NCBI GenBank assembly: GCA_963820635.1
Contig: CAWGAN010000003.1
Location: 583,459-647,458, forward strand
Source of the DNA: an uncultured Gaiellaceae bacterium
Lineage (GTDB): Bacteria; Actinomycetota; Thermoleophilia; Gaiellales; Gaiellaceae
Direction of reading: 5' to 3'
Length of the DNA stretch: 64,000 bases
A model generated the notes under the pieces. The model was not told the DNA's origin. It made no database searches and worked only from the letters and a program-made list of their open reading frames with translations. Shown one piece after another: positions 37,697 through 44,587 of the stretch (position 1 is its first letter; the number at the start of each line of letters is the position of its first letter). The position numbers and the translations under genes were made by a program.

Positions 37697-38417
37697 CGAG
37701 GTACGTCGGCGTCCTCGCTGTGACTGTTGCCGTCTTGGCGCTCGGATCCGCCGCAGAAGCCCAGACCGCCGCTTCGCCGACTCTCCTCTGCAAGCCGCCT
37801 GCGGGCGTGCAGAAGCTGCCGCGGACCGCCCGGCATGGCGTGATCGACCACCTGCTCCAGTACCCGGCCGTGAACCTTGCGACGCGTGCCCAGCGCGGAC
37901 GCGCACGCGGGATCCTCGGCCAGCTCGTGGCGGCCGCGGATCGAGAGCGCTGGCGAAACCCCGCCGCCGCCGGGCGTGCCGGCTACGACATGGGGACGCG
38001 ACCGCGCAAGGCAGGCGACCGGGCCGTGTACTTCTTCCACGCGGAGCGAGACCAGGAGCGCAGGCGGGGCTCGATCTTCGACGCCGCGCGCCCGAAGGCG
38101 CTCATCTACGCGAACGCTCCCGGCCGGCCGCTGATCCTCGTCGGAGCAATGTGGAGCACGCGCGACGGCGAGCTCGGGCCGACACCTGCCGGGCCGATCC
38201 TCCGCTGGCACTCCCACATCGTCTGCAAGAGCGGGGCGAAGCGCGGCCTGAAGCCACCGCCGAGCGGGACCTGCCCAGCGGGCTCGCGGCTCACCCAGGG
38301 TACGAGCGAGATGCTCCACGTCTGGTTCACCGGGACCTGCGCAGCGCGTTCGCCATCAGCGCTCCGAGGCCCGAGCTGTGCGCGGTCGAGCTCCTGCCGC
38401 GCGACTCGTGCGGCTGA
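37693..38417 (+). CDS. Secreted protein of unknown function, apparent frameshift near 38330
   Basis: VTRYVGVLAVTVAVLALGSAAEAQ signal peptide, then a Cys-containing domain (LLCKPP...HSHIVCKSG...GTCPAGS). I recognise no family. Confidence 0.4.
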
Positions 38418-38421
38418 TCGG

Positions 38422-41400
38422 CTATCCGCCCAGATAGCGCTCGCGCTCGACCTCGGTCAGCTCGCGACGCGTCCCTGCGAGCCGGCGACCGGCGAGCTCG
38501 ACGAGCTCGTCGACATCTCCACAGGGTTCGCATCGATAGGTGCGGACAGTTCCATCGGCACCACCGGTCACGATGATCCGCCCGGACGGGTCGAACGCCA
38601 CGGCGGTCACGGTTCCCTCGTGGCCCCGGAGCCGGAGGATCAACTCGCCGTCGGTGGCGTCCCAGAGGCTCGCGCGAAGCGCGGCGGTGACGAGCCAATG
38701 ACCGTCCGGGCTGAAGGCGGCGTCTCTCACCGCGGTGTTGTGCTGGAGAGCGCGAGCGAGCTCGTTTGCCGGAAGGCTCCAGATGCGGGCGACGTGGTCG
38801 AGGCTCGTCGTCGCGAGGACGGTGCCGAATGGCGAGAACGCCACGGACGTGACTCGGTCGCGGTGCCCCGTCAGCGTCTCGGCCTCACCGTCCTGCCGGA
38901 CGATCACGACCCGCCCGCGCATCGTCGCGCTGCTGCCGTCGGGGCCGGTCACCCGGCGAGGCTTCCGCCTCGGGGCGCTCTCCGTGCTCACCTCGTCTCC
39001 GGTCGCGGGGTCGAGAACGAGCTTCCTACCCTCGCTCGTCCAGACGTTCACGCGATCGTCCACCGCCAGAGCCGTCACCGGCGCGCCGACCCGAGCGAGC
39101 TCCGTCAGCTCCGGCTGGAACACGCCGTCCCAGATCCTGATCGACTCGTCCTGGCTCGCGGTCACGATCGGGCTGCCCGCCCCTCCGCTGAACGCGGCCG
39201 ACTCGACCCAGCCGCGATGTCCCGAGAGCACGAACAGCTCGTCGCCGCTCTCCGCGTGCGACACGCGCGCGGTGTTGTCCTTCCCGGTGGTGACGACGTG
39301 CTCGCCGTCGGCGCTGAACGACACGTTCTTGAGAGCGTTCGTGTGGCCGGTGAGCGCAGAGGCCAGCCCCCAGTCGGCCGTGCGCCACACGCGGCCGGTC
39401 CCGTCCGTGCTCGCGCTCGCGACGAACTTCCCGTCGGGACTGAACGCGACCCCTACCGCGTTGCCGGCGTGCTCCGTCAAGACGTGCACTCTCCGCCCGC
39501 TCTGGCCCGACCACACGCGCACCGTGTCGTCGACGCCTCCTGTCAGCACGCGTCGGTTGTCGGGCGAGATCGCGGCGGACTGCGCGCCGGGGTGTGGGTA
39601 CGTGTAGAGGGTCCTCCCGGTCGAGACCTCGACGAGGCGCACGCCACCGGGCTGGACGACTGCCACCACCGTCGCATCGGGCGAGATCGCGGCCGCCACC
39701 GCGTCGCGCGCACCGGCGAGAGTGGAGACGGCGCCGCCCGCCGTGACGACGCGCACGAGACCGTCGCTGCCCGTGATCGCGGAGGTCCCGTCGTCGGCGA
39801 ACGCCGCCCCGCGCGCCCGAGCGCCCGTCGAGAACGTGTCGACGACAGCCCGGTCGACCGGCGTCACGATCATCACCTCACCTTCCTCCGTGACCGCGAC
39901 GACCTCGTGTCCGCGCACGGTGGCAGCGAGCACCGGCGCGCCGAGCTCCACGACGGCTCGCACGCGTGACTGGAGCAGCGCGTGCCGCAGCGCCTGCTCG
40001 GACGACTCGCTCGGGACGACGCGAGCCGCCTCGCGTGCGAGGACGAGGCTGAGCTCAGGGTCGCGATCGAGCTCGGCGTCGGCGCTCGCGACGAGCTCGT
40101 TCGCCTTCGCCTCCCGCGCCTGCTCGCGCGCCTCCGTCCGCTGGGAGAGCGCGTAGACCGTCACGGCACCCATCACCGCGAGCAGGACGGCGCCCACGAC
40201 GATGATCGCGAGCAGTTGCCGATGTCGTCGGTCGGACGCCTCCTGCTGCCGTTCGAGCTCCCGCTCGGCCTCGTGACTCGCGCGCCAGGCGACCACAGGC
40301 TCCGCGAGGACGTCGTGGAAGATCTCGTAGCGGACGGCGCCGCCCTCGTCGAGTGACCGGAGGATCCTTCGATCGGCGAGGATCGCGAGTACCGGCCGAA
40401 GCTCGTCGAGCGGGACGCGCCCGAAGTCGGCGAGATCGGACAGCTCGTGGGCGATCTTCGTGCCCGACGGCGTGACGAGATGGTCGAAGAGCCGTGCGGC
40501 GATGTCCTTCTGATTGTGCGACAAGGCGTCCATGGCGCTCTCGAAGTGCTCCTCGACGATGCGCTGCGCGCCGCCCAGGCTTTCGAACGTGGACAGACGA
40601 AGGATGCTCGAGCCCGCTTTCCGCTCCTCTTCCCACAGGCGCTGCATCACGAGCTGGAGATACGGCGCCTCGATGCGCGCGGTGTCCTCGACGCCTTCGA
40701 TCGAGCCGCGTCCCGCGAGCGCGGTCTCGATCCGACCGGCGCCCACCTCGTCGAGCACGCGCTCGACGAGCTCGGGCTCGATCTCGACTCGCACCCCGGC
40801 CAGCTCGCCGTAGCGATCGACAGGCCCCACGATCGCGGCGCGCGCGGCCTGACGGTCGAGCCGATCGAGTCGTAGTGTGTTCGCGAAGAGTCCCGGCACG
40901 CGCCCGGTGAAGCGATCGAGCTTCGCCAGGGAATCCTCACGCAGCGAGACGAGCACGTTGACACGCGACTGCGCGGCGAGGATCGACGGAAGAGCCTCCG
41001 CGAAAGACCCCGGACCACTGTCGTCGGCGTGGTACAGGAAGTACTCCTCTGCCTGGTCGAGAACGAGGTAGACGTCGCGCTCCGACTGCGCGTTTCGAAG
41101 CGCCGCGACGGCGGAGCCGTTCGACGTGTCACCCGTGGCTTCCGCGACCGCCTCTGCCACACCGACGCTCGGGTCGTCGCTCCAGCTCGAGAAGACGACG
41201 ACCAGCGGCCGCTCGGGCAGAGCGCGGAGAGAGCGCGCCACTGCAGCGCCGAGCAGCGACGATTTGCCGACCCCACTCGGCCCGTAGAGGACGGTGAGCC
41301 GCGATGCGATGAGGTTCGCGACGACGATCTCGGTCTCGCGCTCGCGCCCGAAGAAGAGGAGTGCGTCGAGCTCGGAATCCTCGAAGGCGGTGAGCCCCTT

Positions 41401-41433
41401 GTACGGCGACTCGGGTATCGGGCTCTCGTTCAC
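38422..41433 (-). CDS. STAND-type P-loop NTPase / single TM helix / WD40-repeat protein (1003 aa, intact)
   Basis: GTG 41431-41433 overlaps the TGA of the upstream gene (GTGA). Walker A is LYGPSGVGKSSLL (41260-41283) and Walker B is VYLVLDQAEEYF. The hydrophobic helix LLAIIVVGAVLLAVMGAVTVYAL lies at 40150-40215. About 530 aa of WD40 units follow (LTEHAGNAVGVAFSPDGKFVASASTDGTGRVW, LTGHTNALKNVSFSADGEHVVTTGKDNTARV, LTGHRDRVTSVAFSPFGTVLATTSLDHVARIW, LRGHEGTVTAVAFDPSGRIIVTGGADGTVRTY). Confidence 0.85.
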   Translation of the reverse strand: MNESPIPESPYKGLTAFEDSELDALLFFGRERETEIVVANLIASRLTVLYGPSGVGKSSLLGAAVARSLRALPERPLVVVFSSWSDDPSVGVAEAVAEATGDTSNGSAVAALRNAQSERDVYLVLDQAEEYFLYHADDSGPGSFAEALPSILAAQSRVNVLVSLREDSLAKLDRFTGRVPGLFANTLRLDRLDRQAARAAIVGPVDRYGELAGVRVEIEPELVERVLDEVGAGRIETALAGRGSIEGVEDTARIEAPYLQLVMQRLWEEERKAGSSILRLSTFESLGGAQRIVEEHFESAMDALSHNQKDIAARLFDHLVTPSGTKIAHELSDLADFGRVPLDELRPVLAILADRRILRSLDEGGAVRYEIFHDVLAEPVVAWRASHEAERELERQQEASDRRHRQLLAIIVVGAVLLAVMGAVTVYALSQRTEAREQAREAKANELVASADAELDRDPELSLVLAREAARVVPSESSEQALRHALLQSRVRAVVELGAPVLAATVRGHEVVAVTEEGEVMIVTPVDRAVVDTFSTGARARGAAFADDGTSAITGSDGLVRVVTAGGAVSTLAGARDAVAAAISPDATVVAVVQPGGVRLVEVSTGRTLYTYPHPGAQSAAISPDNRRVLTGGVDDTVRVWSGQSGRRVHVLTEHAGNAVGVAFSPDGKFVASASTDGTGRVWRTADWGLASALTGHTNALKNVSFSADGEHVVTTGKDNTARVSHAESGDELFVLSGHRGWVESAAFSGGAGSPIVTASQDESIRIWDGVFQPELTELARVGAPVTALAVDDRVNVWTSEGRKLVLDPATGDEVSTESAPRRKPRRVTGPDGSSATMRGRVVIVRQDGEAETLTGHRDRVTSVAFSPFGTVLATTSLDHVARIWSLPANELARALQHNTAVRDAAFSPDGHWLVTAALRASLWDATDGELILRLRGHEGTVTAVAFDPSGRIIVTGGADGTVRTYRCEPCGDVDELVELAGRRLAGTRRELTEVERERYLGG

Positions 41434-43043
41434 GCGGCCTCGAGCCGTCGCTCGAGCAGCTCGACGTACGACAACGGATCCACGTCGAGCGCGGCGACGT
41501 CGAACCGGCGCCAGAACGCCTGCGCGAGCGGGCTCGGCGAGCGCTGCACCGCCCACGAGCGGTACGCGACGGGTCGCTCGCCCCAGATGCGGTTGAGGAT
41601 GAGTCGCAGGTTCCAGTCGGCCATCTCGTAGCCGAGGAAGAGGAAGTGGCTGCGGCGAAGCCTGGCCGCGAGCGCGACCGGCACGACGGCAGTCAGCTCG
41701 GAGCGGCCGAGGTAGTCGATGTAGTCGTCCTCGGTGATGACGAAGCTCTCCCACTCGCGCTCGGGCAGCGGATCGACGGCGCCGTGGAGCTTCAGCAGGA
41801 TCGTGCGCCGGTCGAGGTCGAGCTCCGTCGCGTACGTGTTCGGAACGTCGATCGGGCGCGGCGGCTCTCCCGGCGGTCGGTGCCAGAAGCGCCCGCGGTG
41901 AGTCCCGGTTGCGACGTAGGCCACGATGTCGAGCTCCTCGCCGGCCTCTTCGAAGGCGCGCTCGAGGGCGAGGTCGTAGTTCGTGGTCACGATGAGCTGG
42001 TGGGGCGCACCGTGCTCTCGTAGGAGCGTCGGAAGCCGGGCGAGGAACCGCTGGAGCGGTCCCGGTTCCACCGCCGCCTCGAACCGGGTGTGAAGTTCGT
42101 CGTAGAGCGGGCCTGATCCCTGCATCGTCGCGACGTACTGGGAGACGCGCGCGAGGTCGACCGGGCGATCGTCCGGAACTGCAAATGCCCGGGCGAGATG
42201 CTCCGCGAGATCGCCCGCCCCGTCGAGACCGATGACGGGCACCACCCGGCCCGAGAGAAGAGCCTTGACGATCTCCCCCTCCTCGTCGGCGGGCGCCGGC
42301 CCGCCGGAGACAGTGAGCCCCGACTCGTGGCGAAGGATCTCCGCCTGGAGCCGCTTGAGCTCCGGGCCTGGCTCGATCCCGAGCTCGTCGAGGAAGCGGG
42401 CGCGAGCGTCGTGGTACACCTCGAGAGCTTCTGCTTGCCGACCCGCGCGATACAGCGCGAGCATGAGCTGCCTGCGAAACGTCTCACGAAGCGGGTGGTC
42501 GCCGGCGAGTCCCTCGAGCTCGCCGATCACGTCGCCGTGCCGCCCGAGCTCGAGCTCGGCGTCGATCCGCTCGCCGATCACGACGAGTCGCAGCTCCTCG
42601 AGCCGTCGGATCTCCGCCTGTGCGAAGTCGTCGAACGCGAACTCCACGAGCGCGGATCCACGCCACAGCGCGAGCGCGGACTGCAGCAGCGCGCTCCGCT
42701 CCTCTGCAGGAAGCCGCCGCGCGTCGGCGAGCGCCTGCTCGAACCGACGCGCATCGATCTGGTCAGCTCCGGCGTTGAGCACGTAGCCGGGTGCGCGGGT
42801 GTCGAGGATGTCGGTTCCCAGCGCCCGGCGCAGGCGTCCGACGGCGTTCTGGAGCGACGCAGTGGCCGTCTTCGGCGCCTCCTCGCCCCAGAGCGAGTCG
42901 ATGAGCCGATCGGTCGGGACGACCCTGCCGGCCTCGAGAACGAGGATGGCGAGGAGCGCGCGCTGCTTGGGGCCTCCGAGCGCGACATGCCCGGTCTCGT
43001 CTGAGACCTCGAGCGGGCCGAGTATCCGGAACTCGAGCGTCAC
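41430..43043 (-). CDS. SARP-type DNA-binding regulator (OmpR-like wHTH + BTAD) fused to a SIR2_2 (SIR2-like NADase/deacetylase) domain (537 aa, intact)
   Basis: VTLEFRILGPLEVSDETGHVALGGPKQRALLAILVLEAGRVVPTDRLIDSLWG... (wHTH). ALALWRGSALVEF...RRQLMLALYRAGRQAEALEVYHDARARFLDELGIEPGPELKRLQ (BTAD). SIR2_2 motifs are QLIVTTNYDLALERAF (TTNYD at 41973-41987), ILLKLHGAVD, FVITEDDYIDYL and HFLFLGYEMADWNLRLIL. An alternative GTG lies at 43097. Confidence 0.85.
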   Translation of the reverse strand: MTLEFRILGPLEVSDETGHVALGGPKQRALLAILVLEAGRVVPTDRLIDSLWGEEAPKTATASLQNAVGRLRRALGTDILDTRAPGYVLNAGADQIDARRFEQALADARRLPAEERSALLQSALALWRGSALVEFAFDDFAQAEIRRLEELRLVVIGERIDAELELGRHGDVIGELEGLAGDHPLRETFRRQLMLALYRAGRQAEALEVYHDARARFLDELGIEPGPELKRLQAEILRHESGLTVSGGPAPADEEGEIVKALLSGRVVPVIGLDGAGDLAEHLARAFAVPDDRPVDLARVSQYVATMQGSGPLYDELHTRFEAAVEPGPLQRFLARLPTLLREHGAPHQLIVTTNYDLALERAFEEAGEELDIVAYVATGTHRGRFWHRPPGEPPRPIDVPNTYATELDLDRRTILLKLHGAVDPLPEREWESFVITEDDYIDYLGRSELTAVVPVALAARLRRSHFLFLGYEMADWNLRLILNRIWGERPVAYRSWAVQRSPSPLAQAFWRRFDVAALDVDPLSYVELLERRLEAA

Positions 43044-43106
43044 GGGCGACCTTAGAACGCCGCGCAGGCTGTGTCCAGCATCCGGGCCACAGATCACTCG
43101 AATGCG

Positions 43107-43128
43107 CTCAAGACCCGCTCAAAGAGTG
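43107..43128 (-). promoter_or_regulatory. Pair of 11-bp-phased TTGAG-type repeats facing the SARP-SIR2 operon
   Basis: Read on the minus strand: CTTTGAGcggg TCTTGAG. The proximal heptamer lies 63 nt upstream of GTG 43043. Confidence 0.5.
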
Positions 43129-43172
43129 GTTAGCGAGCTGTTGGCCACCCGTTGCCGGCCGGTTGGAGACCC
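43129..43172 (+). promoter_or_regulatory. Four 11-bp-phased GTTAGC-type direct repeats facing the deacetylase gene
   Basis: GTTAGCGagct GTTGGCCaccc GTTGCCGgccg GTTGGAGaccc. They are in continuous 11-bp register with the two TTGAG-type units at 43107-43128. ATG 43190 lies 21 nt after the last heptamer. Confidence 0.55.
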
Positions 43173-43189
43173 CTCCGACCGTGCCGGGC

Positions 43190-43987
43190 ATGACTACCTC
43201 ATTCGCTCGTCTCGTCCGGCGGCTCGGACTCGCAGCCGCTATTGCGCTCGCCGCGGCGGGTGCCTCGACGGCCGACTCCACTCGCGGGCTGGATTCCGCC
43301 GCGGCCGCAGTCACCCCGACGACGCCTGTTCCGATCCTGATGTACCACGTGATCGCCGATCCTCCGCCGGGAGCCCCGTACCCGGAGCTCTTCGTCAGCG
43401 AGGCTGACTTCGCAGACCAGATGCGGTGGCTCGCGCGCCACGGATATCAGGCGGTTACGCAGCGCGATCTGTGGCACCACTGGCACCGCGGCGCCGCTCT
43501 CCCGCCGCGGCCGATCGTGCTCTCGTTCGACGACGGCTATCGCAGTGTTGCCGACGCGGCGTTCCCGCACATGCAACGGCGCTCCTGGCCCGGAGTCCTG
43601 AACCTGACCGTCAAGAACCTTCGCGTCTCGGGCGGACTGAGCGAGTCGAGAGTGCGGAGGCTGATCTCGGCCGGGTGGGAGCTCGCCTCCCACACGCTCA
43701 CGCATCCTGACCTCACGACTCTCAGTGGGCGTGCACTCGCGCGTGAAGTGAGCCGCTCGAGGATCGAGCTCCGATCGCGCTTCGGCGTCCCCGTCGACTT
43801 CTTCTGCTACCCGGCGGGACGGTACGACTCGAGCGTCATCCGGGCGGTTCGTCGCGCTGGGTATCGCGGCGCGACGACGACGGTGGAGGGCCTCGCACGG
43901 CCCGGCAAGCCGTACGAGCTTCGGCGCGTCCGGGTGAACGGAAGCGACGGCGTGGACGAGCTCGCCGCCAAGCTGCGTACGAGTTGA
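43190..43987 (+). CDS. Secreted polysaccharide deacetylase (NodB-homology/CE4) family protein
   Basis: MTTSFARLVRRLGLAAAIALAAAGAS signal peptide. Motifs are PILMYHVI, IVLSFDDGYRSV and LASHTLTHPDL. The ORF track starts at an upstream TTG (43163). Confidence 0.8.
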   Translation: MTTSFARLVRRLGLAAAIALAAAGASTADSTRGLDSAAAAVTPTTPVPILMYHVIADPPPGAPYPELFVSEADFADQMRWLARHGYQAVTQRDLWHHWHRGAALPPRPIVLSFDDGYRSVADAAFPHMQRRSWPGVLNLTVKNLRVSGGLSESRVRRLISAGWELASHTLTHPDLTTLSGRALAREVSRSRIELRSRFGVPVDFFCYPAGRYDSSVIRAVRRAGYRGATTTVEGLARPGKPYELRRVRVNGSDGVDELAAKLRTS

Positions 43988-44003
43988 GCAGGCCTTGAGC
44001 GAC
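43982..44003 (+). promoter_or_regulatory. Pair of 11-bp-phased TTGAG-type repeats upstream of a small ORF
   Basis: AGTTGAGcagg CCTTGAGcgac. The first heptamer contains the deacetylase TGA. ATGs follow at 44007 and 44022. Confidence 0.45.
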
Positions 44004-44006
44004 GTA

Positions 44007-44204
44007 ATGAACGCTGCGGCCATGTTCGAGCAGAACACCACGCCGAAGCTCATCGAAGAGATCGATCGCTATCTCGCGGCGATCGATCTCTTTCGCGCCG
44101 AAGGCTGCGAGCCGGCGTGGCAGCCTGAGCTCGAGCACCGCACTCCCTCGGCATCGTCCACGCCGGCGCCCGATCGCTTGCCTTCGGACATCCGGCTCCA
44201 CTGA
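44007..44204 (+). CDS. Small hypothetical protein (about 60-65 aa), start uncertain
   Basis: MNAAAMFEQNTTPKLIEEIDRYLAAIDLFRAEGCEPAWQPELEH... I see no recognisable domain. Codon usage is only weakly gene-like. Confidence 0.3.
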   Translation: MNAAAMFEQNTTPKLIEEIDRYLAAIDLFRAEGCEPAWQPELEHRTPSASSTPAPDRLPSDIRLH

Positions 44205-44323
44205 AGGTGACGTTCTAGGCGATCGCGACGATCGTCGGCGCACGAGACGCGTTGCCCACGGACAACGAGGCCGTCTTCGCCCAGACCAGTCGACAGGTGG
44301 GCTCGACGTAGACCACTCCGGCG

Positions 44324-44367
44324 GTTAGCCAGCTGTTAGCCGCTCGTGGTCGGGCGGTTAGGGGTCG
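44324..44367 (+). promoter_or_regulatory. Four 11-bp-phased GTTAGC-type direct repeats upstream of the 37-codon ORF
   Basis: GTTAGCCagct GTTAGCCgctc GTGGTCGggcg GTTAGGGgtcg. The last heptamer ends exactly 50 nt before ATG 44414. Confidence 0.55.
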
Positions 44368-44413
44368 GATCGAGCGTGACCGGCGCACACACGAATCCCG
44401 AGAGGAGGGAATC

Positions 44414-44527
44414 ATGCGCCAGGTCACTTCACTGCACCGCACGCTCGTCGTGCTCGCAGTCGGTCTGCTCGCGCTCGCGGCTCCGCTGCTCGCTTCGGCG
44501 GGCGGCCCAGGCCCCGGCACCGGGTAG
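44414..44527 (+). CDS. 37-codon ORF that is essentially only a signal peptide plus a Gly/Pro tail
   Basis: MRQVTSLHRTLVVLAVGLLALAAPLLASAGGPGPGTG. A strong RBS (GAGAGGAGGG) lies 5 nt before the ATG, and a terminator hairpin follows directly. It is absent from the ORF track because it is too short. Confidence 0.5.
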   Translation: MRQVTSLHRTLVVLAVGLLALAAPLLASAGGPGPGTG

Positions 44528-44547
44528 TCGTGTCCGAATCGACGACA

Positions 44548-44575
44548 CCAAGGCCCGCGTCCGAGCGGGCCTTGG
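44548..44575. terminator. Bidirectional hairpin between the 37-codon ORF and the convergent SARP-cyclase gene
   Basis: CCAAGGCCCGC-gtccga-GCGGGCCTTGG (11-bp perfect stem) followed by TCTTTCC. Confidence 0.7.
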
Positions 44576-44587
44576 TCTTTCCGTGCC

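Noticed and set aside
43044-43097. GTG 43097 (the ORF-track start) as the start of the SARP-SIR2 gene
   Set aside because: It would add 18 non-conserved residues and put the start 9 nt from the TTGAG boxes. GTG 43043 gives VTLEFRILGPLEV, which aligns with the start of the wHTH in the other SARP protein (LDVRLLGPIEA), and it leaves a 63-nt promoter/leader. The choice remains unproven.
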